A stretch of DNA of 64,000 bases from positions 620,001 to 684,000 of the forward strand of contig NW_025766559.1 in NCBI RefSeq assembly GCF_003918875.1, written 5' to 3'. A program made the position numbers and the translations under genes. This document shows, one piece after another, positions 25,268-38,546 of this stretch (position 1 is the first letter of the stretch; every line of letters starts with the position of its first letter). A model generated the notes under the pieces. It did not search any database, was not told the origin of the DNA, and saw nothing but the letters and a program-made list of their open reading frames with translations. Source of the DNA: Haliotis rubra. Its lineage: Eukaryota.

Positions 25268-26060
25268 ACTGGTGTATGGTGAGTGTGGACGCTACCCGTT
25301 GTACATCGAATCCCACACAAGATGCTTACGCTACTGGATTAAACTGATTCATATGCCAGCCCATCGCTTACCGCAGAAAGCGTATAACATGCTTTACCAC
25401 CTACACGAAATCGGCAAAGACACGTGGGCTTCATCAATAAAGAACTTACTATTCACCTATGGCTTCGGCCTTGTATGGACTTCACAAACAGTGGGCGACT
25501 GTCATTCCTTTCTGAAAATATTTCGTACTCGCGCCACTGACATGTTCAAACAGGATTGGCATTCATGTCTTGAGGAGAGCTCAAGATACAACACATATCG
25601 CAACATAAAATCGATCTTTGAAACTGAAACCTATCTCCACAACATTAAACCTAAATCTCTGCGAAGTACCCTTATACGATTCAGACTTGGTCTCAGTGAA
25701 TTGGAAGTGAACAAAGGAAGACACCACGGCATCGAGAAATCAGCCCGACTTTGCAAAATATGTAATAATGGCGTTGAAAACGAGTACCACTTCATATATG
25801 TCTGCCCCATCTATGCTCAACTTAGATCTAAGTACTTACCTCCATACAACTCCATGTCTACATATAGTTTTAAGAAGCTGTTATCCTGCAAAAACCCCAC
25901 AATCCAATTCCAAATTGCTCTGTTTATACACCATGCTTTAATATTACGCAAAACATCCTATTGTTAACATCATTGTATTTTTGTTCTGCTTCAGAAATAT
26001 ATGTAACTCGAATGTATATGGGCCTATGGCCTTTCGTACAATAAAGCACTGAATTGACTG
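25268..26060 (+). mobile_element. 5'-truncated RTE-X-like LINE (ORF2 C-terminus and 3'UTR)
   Basis: VYGECGRYPLYI..RCLRYWIKL; RFRLG; RLCKIC..ENEYHFIYVCP; 3' GGCCTATGGCC hairpin, AATAAA and short repeat tail. Confidence 0.85.
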
Positions 26061-26064
26061 GATC

Positions 26065-26530
26065 TGAATGAGCATCCCAGACGAAATCTCAGTTTACAGT
26101 GCCCAGACTATCGTACCACCTTCTGTGATCATCAGACAAAAAGAGCAATACACTTTGTAGTTTCATTTGTAGTCTCTTCTAGTGTTTCATCTAGGCTTAT
26201 AGTAACGCTACGGATTAAGGAACACAATTACGATCTCGCCAGCGGTCATTACGACATCGTTTAATGTTGGATGGCCCGCCATGTTTGCAGAACGCATAGC
26301 AAACACCTTTTCCTTGTCCCGTACAGTGATCTGAAACCAACAATGACAAGCTATATCTGGGATCTGTTACATCAAATTAGGGACACCCAGCTGGGTAACA
26401 GCAGAATGGACGAAATAACCAAAGTGCTGACCTCAGCAACGTGGGATTGTCAAGACGTGATGAAGCAGTTTTGCGACGATGCTGTTTGCACGGTCGTTTT
26501 ACCAGTCAATGGCTGTTAAAAAGAGACTGT
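26065..26530 (+). mobile_element. Degenerate I/Nimb LINE RNase H region
   Basis: IPDEISVYSA; YDIV*CWMARHV (a decayed CWxPSHV); VPYSDLKP..YIWDL; EAVLRRC. Confidence 0.7.
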
Positions 26531-26822
26531 CGCGGGTGAAGCTACTGAATGTAGCACTGGTAATGAAAGGTTCATGATCAGGCATACTTTGCGAGAGGGT
26601 TGGTTATTAGGAATTCGTGCTGTTAGGCAGCACATATGTTTACCCGTGTTGGCGGGCATTTGACCTTGAAATATTTAAGGGACATTGGTGGGCATTTGAC
26701 CTTGAAATATTTAAGGGACATTGGTCTGCAGCGAAATGTAATAAGCTAACATTTTTGTATCATTGTCTATATACGTATTCCTAATGGTGGGGTTTCCTTA
26801 GTAAATCTTTCCCGAAATTTTA

Positions 26823-27195
26823 TAATAATAATAATAATGATAAGGCCGCTTATGGCGTTGAACCGGCATGCTCTAAGCGCATATAACATACTGAACCTTA
26901 TTACCCCGGTTAACACAAGCTGCATGTGAGGCGCTAGAAGGTTAATAGTCATATGACTTATCCCACCGGGTACCCATTTACCACTGGGTAAATAGAGGCA
27001 GTTTTTTAACAAACTCACTTGCCTAATGTGAGACCACGTGTCACGTGTACTTCGTTGTAGGTGAGGACTGAAGTCCTAGAAACTCTAAGGAGTCATCACT
27101 GTCACCCATCCAAGGACAGTCCGCGACCAACGTTGCCTAATTTCGACTAATTTGTGACCTGAGCAGGTTTAAGGTGGGCAGGATATGTACAGGGC
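26823..27195 (-). mobile_element. 5S rRNA-derived SINE with Deu/Nin-like domain and (TTA)n tail
   Basis: Minus strand CGAAATTAGGCAACGTTGG...CTTGGATGGGTGAC resembles the 5S internal promoter region; CCTCTATTTACCCAGTGGTAAATGGGTACC resembles Deu. Confidence 0.7.
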
Positions 27196-27293
27196 AGCCA
27201 AAGCAGTGTTATAGTCTGTTTGCAGTGAAAACGTACCGGTGAATTGCACTTTAAACAAAAATGTAAATCGAATAAAGTGAAATTAAGATTGCG

Positions 27294-27647
27294 AATCCTC
27301 ATAATTCTACCTTGCCAATTGAACATTTAAATCTTAGATATTTATTCCACTTAGGAAAAAAGATGTTTAACAAACTATCATAGTTTCAAATCGCTTATAT
27401 TGGTTTGTATTACAAGGGGGTAAGCGCAGTAGTTGGAACAGTGAAACAAATGCACGTGCGGTACGTGATGAGCGTCAACTTAGACCAACCCTCCTTGTTC
27501 TCGGTGTTTCATTTAATGTGCATACCCCCTTGTAATACAAACCAAAAATACCGATTTGAACCTTGATCGTTAAACAACTTTTATCCTAAGTTGAATAAAA
27601 TTCTGAGATTTAAATTTTCAAATGGCCAGGTAAAATTATGAGGATTT
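27294..27647. mobile_element. Foldback MITE with ~140-bp imperfect inverted arms
   Basis: AATCCTCATAATT...TTGTATTACAAGGGGG versus CCCCCTTGTAATACAA...AATTATGAGGATT. Confidence 0.75.
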
Positions 27648-27829
27648 TACTACATATTAAACTGCAGCATGGTATCTCAGTGGGCTAACGCTGTAACAGT
27701 CTCATATAAAAAACCCAAACATTTATAGCAATAATCAAAACCCTCTTGACATCGCCACATGCATTGTCACATATGCCAGGTACTAATAAATCACGTATTA
27801 AACGAGTGAAGGTAAAGTTTACACAGGTT

Positions 27830-28307
27830 TGAATGCTACACCCATATTCCTCCAAGGCCATGTCTTCTTCTGGGTCTTCATTTGATTGGATGATATCGAC
27901 ATGGCGAAAACAGTTAGCGATTGTCTTTTCGCTCACAGAGGTCCAGGCTTGCTTGATCATCCGTATTGCAGTGCGTAAGGTGACAGCTGGATTTTCGTTT
28001 GTATCAACACTCCTCTCACCCTTCAAAGAATGCCGGCTTGTAAACCCTTGTTTCATGTTAGGGCACGCAAGGCCACTCGGTAAAATGCGCGTGTAAACAT
28101 ACTGACAGGTGCTCAGCCATCCGGATATACGAGTGAAAAATGCACATGATTTAGCATTTGGTATGTGAAAATGACCGTCCGTTTATGGAAACCGGATTTC
28201 CGGTTAAGTGAGTAGTTTGACAACGTTGTGAATTCGTTTTAATGAATTTTCGTTCGGAAGGCGAGTTTTCCGGATATCTGAGGTTCGGATAGACGGGGCA
28301 CGACTGT
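27830..28307 (-). mobile_element. Internally deleted pogo/Tigger-like element
   Basis: VTLRTAIRMIKQAWTSVSEKTIANCFRH (DDE_1 C-terminus); end TA|CAGTCGTGCCCCGTCTATCCG. Confidence 0.7.
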
Positions 28308-28477
28308 ATTAACGATAAGGGATGATTTGAGGATAATATAATGCTAATAAGAATAAAATAATCTTCGTGTTCATCAAAGCTATAGTCAGTTATTCTAATG
28401 CGATCATAATAACGGAATCTAGACCCGGTGATTGCCTCTGAATTAATAACGGTATATCAAAGGTAAATCATATCTTA

Positions 28478-28632
28478 TTGTTTGTTCTGTTTGCTAGTTT
28501 AACGCCACACTCAGCAATACTCCAGCTGAATGGCGGCTGTCTGTAAATATTCGAGTCTGGACCAGACAATACAGTTATCAACAGCATGAGCATCGAATTG
28601 CGCAATTAGTGTCAACCAAGCCAGCGAGCCTG
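28478..28632 (-). mobile_element. SINE-like family B, partial
   Basis: Tail and body match. Confidence 0.75.
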
Positions 28633-29046
28633 TTATCAATGTCTGACTGATTGTGATGCGAAGAAGGTTTAGTCAATGTAAATCCCCGTTGAAAAAGGCC
28701 CCATGTGCTGTGGAGAGTGGTGATTCAATTGATCTTGTTGTCTTGTTCTGTGAATTGGTAGGTGACATGTATTTGTACCGTGGTGACGTGGAACGTTGGT
28801 CGTCAAGTCGTTCACTGGTCTGTCTGGTGAACACACGATGACTGGCAGGAACATTTGCTTGTAGACTTAGTTCGGCGTTAGACAATATCAATGTTTGACT
28901 TTTGAGGAAATGTATGTTTGTTTGTTTGTTTGTTTGTTGTTTAACACCGCACTCAGCAATATTCCAGCTCTTATTCATTGTATTGCTTTACTGTTTGAAT
29001 GTCGCTAATGAATGTATGCGTTTAGCTATATACTTGAGATATTGCC

Positions 29047-29842
29047 GATGTTGGCTACTAAATTGTAGACGATAGCTGAGTTGGTGAGTATGGTTTTACG
29101 CCGCTTTGAGCAATATTCCACAATATCACGGCGGGGAACAACAGAAATGGACTCCACACGTTGCTTCCATGTGGGGAATCGAACCCGGGTCTGCAGCGTG
29201 ACGAGCGAACGCTTTAACCATTAGGCTACCCACCGCCCCTAGACGGTAGCTGAAATAAACTTAACATGCACAGCACATAAAAAGTTCACCAAATGAAGTT
29301 CATACCGCATTCCATTATCCCGTCGTTGCTGTCTTACTTGTCATTTCTAAGGGCTTCGAAACACTCCTTAAGAAAAGCGGGCCAGTGTTCACTGCAGTAA
29401 GTCCAGGGTTCTTCTACATATCCGGCGAGTATAACATCATACGATATTTATTCAAATCCACACACCAAACCCGAATTACATGTAAATACGTACACAGTAT
29501 ACTACGTTTATAACGACTACGCTTATGACGAACTGTGTTTTTCTGTCACGGCCTCTTGCAGCATATTTGAGTCGAAATGCATTTTACGAAGTACTGTTAT
29601 AACGAACTACAATGTGGTTCCCTTGAGTTCGTTATAGCCTTATTTTACTGCACCCTTTTCCAAGCTCGTTAAAGCCGAATAGTATCTTTTTTTCGTGGAA
29701 TGTAAATTTCGATACAAATAGCGATTCAGGTAGATTTATTAAATAACATATTATTCAAAGACTTGCAACATTATCGTTTACTCTTGTACGATAACTGAAT
29801 ATATCTCAGGAGGTAAACTTTCTAAAACGAGATACTGCAATA
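29047..29842 (-). repeat. Right arm of inverted duplication
   Basis: Reverse complement of 19345-20143 with few substitutions. Confidence 0.92.
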
Positions 29843-30444
29843 GCTGTCTAAATGTTTCGCTTGGTTACACACTGAGAATTTACCTGCTTGAGGGTTTACC
29901 TGACCCAGCCTCCTATGGATCGTCACAAAATGAGGAACTGTATGGGAATTTAATTAAACTGTATACGCCTCCTACTGGTCCAGTGAACTACTTTACCGAC
30001 ATGGAAAGAGGATCTACCCTGGGGTGAGTTTATTGTGTCTCCGTTTCTTCCTTTGTGTAGCGAATATCTTGTAAAATTGCGACATCGTGAACGACGAGGT
30101 ATCCCTTCCCTCCTACTTATCAAAGTCTCCGTATAGACAGGGGAGCGTTCTGAACACACCAGAGTGTGAGAGACGACTCTGAATTTAATAAAACTGCGCT
30201 TAAACAAATACGTCACTATCGTATTTAAGAAGCACTCCCTCGCGACTTGAAAGATGCTAGACGACTGATTTATATGGTCTTTAATATATATGAATAATAT
30301 ATATATATGAATATATGGTCTTTAAATACGAAACACCTTTGCTTATTCTTTTGAAATAGAACAACACGTGAATTTGATATATTTACTTTTCATCAAAAAG
30401 CGTCATATAATTACAAACCTCAACATACTTTTCAAAATCTCATT

Positions 30445-30597
30445 GGGGGCGGTGGGGTAGCCTTCTGGTTAAAGCGTTCGCTCGTCACGCCGAAGACCTG
30501 GGATCGATTCTCCACATGGGTACAATGTGTGGAGTCCATTTCTGGTGTCCCCGACGTGATATTGCTGGAATATTGCTAAAAGCCACGTAATTCACTC
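30445..30597 (+). mobile_element. SINE family A
   Basis: Matches consensus. Confidence 0.88.
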
Positions 30598-30675
30598 AAA
30601 CTCGCATTGAACACGCCCTGAAGCTCCGCTCTTATACTCTGTATGATACGTACTAGACCTAGCTGACACGATGTA

Positions 30676-30848
30676 CTGTAACATGCGGTTATAACGAGCA
30701 CGCTTATACCGAACTTTGGATATAACGAACTGTTTTTCGGTCCCTGCTTCTTTCTGTATATTTTAGTAGAAATTCGTATAACGAATTACGGTTATCACGA
30801 ACTGAAATAAGTGGTCCTTTTGGGTTCGTTATAAGCGTAGTTTATTGT
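30676..30848. mobile_element. Tigger-like MITE
   Basis: Repeated TTATAACGAA subterminal motifs in inverted arrangement, TA flanks. Confidence 0.6.
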
Positions 30849-33752
30849 ATCTCATATAACAACATGACCAGTTGAATCAACCCAAACATACACTTCGACC
30901 CTTGGTCAGACTGAACTTCATTAAGCGGGCCCTTCGTAATGAATACTTCATGCCCCCAGGAACAACCAGAACTGTCTGGACCAGTGAAGCTGAATCGTCT
31001 TTGCTTCATCTCACAAACAATGACACTTGAATTCGTTCCTCACCACTACGAGAGCCTTATTGAAAAACTGGGGCCATGCATGACACAGCTAGTTTTGTTC
31101 ACAAGGGAATTTGGTACTTGCGAAACATCTGTTCTTGATTTTGCGCTAATTCAAAGATTGTTGGGATCTGACCATATTGAAACTGTGAAAGTTTGTTTGT
31201 TCTATTGGGGACATTATATTTTCTAATATTATATGTTCTGTTGGGGACATTATATTTTGTGAGAATCTATAAGATTTGGTGTTACAATTAAGCCCTCGGA
31301 GTTATTAAGGGGATATCGGAATATCAATGCCAACTGGAATCGTATAAAGCTCCATAGCCTTATCAGCTACAACCTCTTGGAGCTACCTTGGCAATATTCT
31401 TTTGGAAATTGGTTGAATGAAAAGACGTGGCCCTATCGATGGTGATCTGCAGCCAGCATTGAGCCATGAAATGCCCATATTTGTTGCATGGGAGATTCTG
31501 GTTTTGATGTACATGTCAGATTAGGAACAGGCAGAGATTGCTCGGCTAATTATCCGGTATGTTGTTTTGGAAGATATATATGATGAAGATCATACAGGCC
31601 TACCATTTACTGCAACGAGGAAGGATCATCTTCGGGGCGAATTCGAACACATGACCAACGGATCCCCTTGTAATCAAGTCATGCAACTCTTACCAGCGGG
31701 CAATGAAACAAGGCATAGTTTTGGACAATAGGGTGGTTGTTCCCTCTCAGAGACCCTTAGTTTGATAATTCAAAGGAGTGAATGATTTTTTTGCGAAAAG
31801 GGGATTTGAGATCGAAACATAATGATTACAGGGAAAACTATTTCACTGGTCATACTGTATAGGTAAACATATGCTGTACGTTAACACATAAACATTGAAT
31901 ATATATAATTTGGATAGTAACAAATAATCCCATTTAAATGGAAAAGGAGCCTAGTGAGATGGGAGACTTGCTTCATTAAGGGCTTTAGCATTGCAGGGTG
32001 GTCTAGACAGGAGGGAAAATAATGTGGTTCAGGGACTGTGAGACTATTCTATTAAACATCCCGTGCCTCTCCCAGTAAGGACATTTAACAGTCGATTCCG
32101 CAAAGAATGATTTGGTTTTAATGCAGCTTTGAACAATATTCCTGTTATATCACGGTTTAATATGGGAGAAAAGGGTCCGTGGTTCAGGTCTTGGAAGTTT
32201 GCCATGTTGGTGGAACCAACGAGCAGGTATAAGGTGCTGATCAACCTAGAAACATAATCGGCGTGAACCATGATTTGAAGCCACGATAATAGGTTTCTAG
32301 CGTGTTCAACTGACAACACTGCCACCCCCACCCTAGTCTGTGTCACAGTTCCTGAAACACTATTTTCCCTACTGCTATCCCTCCTAGAGTAACAGCTAGT
32401 CTCTGAAATGAACATATTTTACAGAAAAACAGTTTTAAAATAGAAATAAAATACAATACAATTAAAAAGAGCCCAGAGACTTTCTTCCTGAAACTGTGGT
32501 AATCTAAACTTGCCACACATTCTAGACTTGCATGGGCTGCTTTGGGTATATTTGTTTCAAGGTCTGTATGACAGACTATAGCCGTCCCTGCAATGCTAAA
32601 GCCCTAAATGAAGCAAGTCTAGATTTCCTTAGGTTCAGGATCTCCCATTTCACTGGGCTTCTTTTCAGTTTAAATGGGACTATTTGTTAACATCAAAATT
32701 ATATATTCAGAGACTAAGCGTTAGTCTACCCCCACCCCCGCTCCCGTCCCTAGAATAGGGGATCCGACAAAGCACACTACGAAGGAGGATAGGCTTACAC
32801 AAATCTGTGTACAGTGCACCACAAATTCATTGCAACAGCTCTACAACTTCAGAGGCATTACAAATAGCCCTAAGGCAACAGGTGTAGAATCTCGCCAGCT
32901 GAGGCAATATTGCCTGCAGTAGAAATAAAATAATGACAACACTTTACAGAGGATATTTACACTTAGTTGCCAAAAGCCATGTTGGTATCACTGTGGTAAT
33001 GGGGAATGTTTCAAGATTCTTGAGTGAAGGAGCCGGCTATGGATATATTTAACTTACTTCAATCGAGGTATTTGGGTTTTATTTATACTCTATTTCAGTC
33101 ATCGTCTCTTGAAGAAGCTATCTATTTCGTGAATTGCTGTATAAACGTTCCAGTTTAACTATATTTTGTTACAGGGATGTAATGATGTAATTTATTGTTT
33201 GATGACGTCATTGCATATTTTGCATATTTTGCATATTTTGAATTCCAACAGCCATTTCGTATATCAGTCACCTTCTGTTAAAGAACCTATTGATTTCGTG
33301 AAATGGTGTATAAACGTTGCAATTGTACTGCTTGTTGCCACAGGGAACATATGTAATGATGTAATTCATTGTTTGACGTCATTGCATATTTTGAATTCCA
33401 AACGTATTTCAGAATGGCCATATCGTTTATCACAAGTGAATATTCCACTGACAACCACATTGCCAAATGCACTTTACTCCAGGTATTTAGATCTTGTGCA
33501 CATACCAACAAGAAGGTCAAGCATATTTCCATGTGAAATTGATATTGTTTAAGTACCGTAAAATTCGTTTAATCGTCTCACGAAACAAAGTATCTCCGAT
33601 TAATTGTGATCTACGCACATTGCAATGCAGAAACGAAAATCATTATTGGATAAACTGTCGCGTATTTTTGCTTTGGCAGCAACGTTTCAGTTTCTCTGTC
33701 ATTTGCTTCCTCTGATTCTTTGGATTCCACAGTGCCAGGATCAATCTGAAGA

Positions 33753-33982
33753 GTTTGTATGTTGTTTAACACTGCACTGAATAATATTCCAACTATAAGA
33801 TGACGGTGTGTAAACAATAGAGTCTGGACCAGACAATCTTGTGACTGACATTATTACCGCCAGTCTACGTAATCGAAATTCGATGACGTGCATCAAGCAA
33901 GTCTGTGAACCAGACCATCAGATCCCCTTAGTTGCCTCTTACAAAAAGCTGAAAACCACTTCTTACCTGAATCTTCACGGGG
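33753..33982 (-). mobile_element. SINE-like family B, diverged
   Basis: Reverse-strand match; head at 33982. Confidence 0.78.
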
Positions 33983-34031
33983 TCATGTGAAGGAACATAT
34001 ATGGTACTTGTATTAAGTATTTATAGGATTC

Positions 34032-34276
34032 ACCCGTGAAGATCCGGGTTAGAATGAACCTTCAGTAACCCATGCTTGTCGTAAGAGGCGACCAACGGGA
34101 TCGGGTAGTCAGGCTCGCTGACTTGGTTGACACATGTCATCGGTTCCCAATTGCGCAGATCGATGCTCATGCTGTTGATCACTGGATTGTCTGGTCCCGA
34201 TAAGATTATTTACAGACCGCGGCCATATGGTTGGAATATTGCTGAGTGCGGCGTTAAACTCAACTTAGTAACTCAC
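34032..34276 (+). mobile_element. SINE-like family B, full length
   Basis: TSD TATTTATAGGA. Confidence 0.92.
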
Positions 34277-34659
34277 TATTTATAGGAATCTGTGGTATCT
34301 CATACATTTACAAATGAGATCAAGAACATATGTACCTTTTCCCAGTATTCCATGAAATAAGGAAGTGCTTAACGTTTTTCAGGTGTATATACAAATACAT
34401 TTCAACAACAGCTGTCATTCTTTTAAAAAAGACAACTTAACCCATTTCGAATGGATAACCTATAGTAAGGATACAATGTAAGGGTGAACAACTTCCTCAT
34501 TACAATAAGGAGCTACGTTACGGTGGATTTCCAAACACTTGATAAAGGTATTACGCCGCTCCTAGTTGTAAAGCTGTTGTTCGTCCATAGATCTTATCTT
34601 TACTTGACACTCAATGTCAAATTCCTGTCAGATATGTTCCGATTATGTTTGGATTGATC

Positions 34660-36140
34660 ACGTAATTTTGATCGTTACCGATTTTTTTTGTTGAGTCGAA
34701 TGGCATACGTTCTGATAAGTTAAAAGATTATCGTAGAGCATGGACATCATGACGCACAGATGACAACTTTGTCAAGCATCATTGATGTACTCTTCTGGGT
34801 GTTATAAATATCTAGTGACGATTAATATGTATTTAGTTCTCTAATTACCAGCTCGGCTTGTCCAACATGATCGCGTCACCGATTTTTGTTGTTGAGTCGA
34901 ATGACATACGTTGTAATAAATATAAAGGTACTCGCAGGAAGGAGATCATAACGTACAGATGACGAGCATGTCCAGTGTGCTGTAATAGCCACTGGCCCGC
35001 TAGCCTGTGGCTAGTAGAAATCCAGTCGGGCCAGTAAATCTCCACAGTCACATATATCACTGTCTCCGAGTTGTTAAATTATAACACACTTTTAAATCAT
35101 GCAAGGTTATGGACTGATAAAAATGTCCATCATATTGGCAGCTTAATGATGAAACCCGTGTCATGCCGACAATATCTTATGTATTTTTGTAATCTACATT
35201 CTACATTCGAATTTCGGGCTAGTGAATTATTTTGAGGGCTAGTAACCTTCAGACATAGCTAGTCCAACTGGCTAGCAAAATGTGGAAACTATTCCGCTCA
35301 CTGAGTTTGTCAAGCGCTGATGTACACTTTTAGATGGGTTTTATATATATCTCATGCCTATAATTACCACCTCGGCTTGGCCAACATGATCGCGTGACCG
35401 ATTTGTGTTGTGGAGTCGCATGACATACGTTCTAATAGTTTAAAGGATACTTGTAGACCAAGGAGGAGATCATGATGCATAGATGACAACTATATCAAGC
35501 TACATTAATGTTCTCTGATATATAGGACGACTTATATATATCTAGTGGCTCTAATTACCAGGGCTCTTTCCTCAAAGCGATCGTAGCGCTACGACAGTCG
35601 TAAGTCTATGTTAAAGTATGGGAGTTTCGATCATTTTACCTCTAAGATCACTGTGAGGAACGGGGTCTTTCTCGGCAGGTCAAACATGATCGCGTCACCT
35701 ATTTTTCTTGTTGAGATGAATGTCATACGTTCTAATAAATTAAAAGATAAACGTAGAGCAAGAAGATTTTTGTTGTTGAGTCGAATGTCATACGTTCTAA
35801 TAAATTAAAAGATAAACGTAGAGCAAGAAGATTTTTGTTGCTTGAGTAGAATGTCATACGTTCTAATATATTAAAAAATAAACGTAGAGCAAGAAGAGTT
35901 TTGTTGAGTCGAATGCCATACGTTCTAATATATTAAAAAATAAACGTAGAGCAGGAAGAGTTTTGTTGTTGAGTCGAATGCCATACGTTTTAAATTAAGT
36001 AACAGATATTGTAGACCAAGAAGGAGATCATGATGCACGGATGACGACTGTGTCAAGCAATGATGTACACTTTTAGATAACACGAGTTATATATATCTGG
36101 TGCCTCTAATTACTAGCTCGGCAGGTCCAACATGATCGCG
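34660..36140. repeat. Diverged ~190-bp tandem repeat with inner ~60-bp expansion and two MITE insertions
   Basis: Recurring CCAACATGATCGCG and TTGAGTCGAATG.CATACGTTCTAATA. Confidence 0.75.
34973..35303. mobile_element. hAT-like MITE
   Basis: TIR CAGTGTGCTGTAATAG / CTATTCCGCTCACTG; imperfect 8-bp TSD AGCATGTC/AGTTTGTC. Confidence 0.65.
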
Positions 36141-36983
36141 CTACAGATGCTTTAACCAAACAACCACAGGCAACAGACATTCAAACAAATAGAACCATCC
36201 CATTTACACTCATTTCGGCAGCAGCTGTTTGTTGTATATCGAACGCAGAGCAGACTCATCAGACTTCGGATACTGTGTACCATCAAAGTCGTGTTTGATG
36301 TGGCATCCTTAAAGGTGATGAAAAGAAGGTTGCGGATACAGAGGTAAGTCATCAAGGAAGAGAAAGGTCAATAAGCTTTTTAAATAACATACATTTTTAT
36401 AATTCGTAGCCAAAATGTTGAGATTCCGGTAAATCCTTCAACGCATTCTTGACAAACGTTTACAGTGGGGGCGAGTGGCAAATTTTCGTAGTGCGGTGAC
36501 AGTGTTCCGGATGATGAACATGAAAAACATTTCATGGATGTTAGAATATTGTAACCGATACGTCTAGATTACTATGGATCTGAAACACCCAAGCTGTTGC
36601 GCGTTACGGCCAGTTTCTAGCTTATCACCGCGCTCAGCAATATTCAAGCTGTGTGGCCTAAACAACAGGTTGACTTGCATGATAAGTGTGCTGTTTCATC
36701 CCGGCTTTCCAGTTGTCTGAATCCGGCTGCGACAGGTTAGTTTGTGTGCTTGTGTGTATGTAGAGTATATCCAAAGGTCACCTGCATAGTGACCTCAACC
36801 TTTAGTGGTGGCGGATGCAATTGCTGATGCAGGATGCGTTCGGGCTCATCTGCTCCCACTGAGTCTGTGTCTAACACTGTACATTTACAGCAATTCGTGA
36901 GTGTATTTGTTGTTTCTATTTTGTCTCGTTTACCTCCTTGTTTTTGAGAGTATAAATATTGCTATAGAGTTACAGATTGAGAT

Positions 36984-37204
36984 ACCCGTGAAGATCTGCG
37001 TTAGAATTGCAATCCATGCTTGTCGTAAGAGGCGACTAACGGGATCGGCTGGTCATGTTCGCTGTCTTGCTTGAAACTTGTCATCGTGTCCTAATTGCGA
37101 AGATCGATGTTCATGCTGTTGATCACTGGATTGTCTAGTCCAGACTCGATTATTTACAGACTGCTGTCGTATTGTTGGGTGCGGTGTTAAACAACAAACC
37201 GAAC
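36984..37204 (+). mobile_element. SINE-like family B
   Basis: Matches consensus. Confidence 0.85.
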
Positions 37205-38064
37205 AGAGGGGTTGAAATATAAGACGTGATTTACCTTGAAACCAGGGCGAGTTTATACCGTTATTCATTGAGAGGCAATCACCGAGACCAGAACTCGCAA
37301 TTATAACTGACTATGGTCTTGATGAAAACGAATACTGTCTATTTTTATTAGCATTATATTGTTCACATATTATCCCTTATCTTGACTATTGATCAGTTGC
37401 ATTCAAGCGTGTAAAAATTTTACCTTCACTGTTTAGCTTCATGATGTATTAGTACTTGGTTGCATATGTGACAACGCATGTGGCAATGTCAAGAGGGTGG
37501 GCAGACATGGGATTAACGGTGCATTCAGGATTACTGCTCCTAATGCTTTATATACTCTAAAAAAAGTAGGGGAACGTGAACTTTCAATTTGGATAGGAAG
37601 TATAAGCGTAAACAAACTTTTAGAACACAGACATCTTATGAACGTACCACCATTTCTCTTTATCACCACCCCTAAACACAACACAGCCCTATACTCGTGC
37701 ATTGGGTGGCATTCTTGATTTTGACGGTTTTCAAGAAGGTCGATATATCAATGTAGACCATTAATTTTGACAATCATCTTGCATCACACAGTTGTTAGTG
37801 TTTGTTACTAGCCGGGTTTTTTTGTTTTAAAATGAAAATCGTACATATGCAAATTTCACGTCATGCACCAATCATCTTTCAAGAGCGATTAATGTACAAC
37901 AACTATGGTCATAAGGAAGTGCAAGTGGTGATGCACTCTCACGACATTCATTATTATCATATCAACATTGATTGACTCCGATATATCTCCCAATGTTTTC
38001 AATCGCAAATCAAAAATGAAGTTCCCCTACTTTTTTTAAAGAGTATGTTTGGCTTGCTTTACAG

Positions 38065-38205
38065 TGTTAACCCACTGAGATTCAATGCCACAGTTTAACA
38101 TGAAGTCCCAACTCAGACACATTATACTCAGACCCGACTTGTTCGCATGTTATGTCCTTAATGCCGAACGCCGGGCATGGTAACAACAAATACCATTATC
38201 AGTCT
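38065..38205 (-). mobile_element. MetaSINE fragment
   Basis: CCCACTGAGA...ACTCAGACACATTATACT...TTAATGCCGA matches 39830-39960. Confidence 0.65.
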
Positions 38206-38304
38206 CATATGAACCCTTGTTCTACGACCTTTCAGACCAGATCAGGAAAATGTCAGTGAAACATTGCCAGTGGACTCTAACCATCCAACCTTGATACAAC
38301 GTTT

Positions 38305-38546
38305 ACCCGTGAAGATCCGGGTTATAATTGATCTTCAGTAACCCATATTGTCATAAAAGGCGACTAACGGGATCGGGTACTCAGGCACGCTGACTTGGTT
38401 GATACATGTCATCGTATCCCAATTGCGTAGATCGATGCTCATGTTGTTGATCACTGGCCTGTTTGGTCTAGACTTGATTATTTACAGTAGGCACCATATA
38501 GCTGGAATATTGCTTACTGTGGGGTAAAACTAAAATCACTGACACT
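38305..38546 (+). mobile_element. SINE-like family B
   Basis: Matches consensus. Confidence 0.88.

Noticed and set aside
25164-25967. 267-aa ORF as a host gene
   Set aside because: It is a LINE ORF2 C-terminus; the N-terminal 35 aa is read-through from flanking DNA.
26655-26725. Short exact tandem duplications (also 16600-16677, 2787-2838, 990-1031)
   Set aside because: Ordinary slippage duplications with no further structure.
30939-31226. 95-aa ORF as a possible exon
   Set aside because: No recognisable domain or partner exons.
36150-36350. Exon-like segment ending AG|GTAAGT
   Set aside because: No convincing reading frame or homology recognised.
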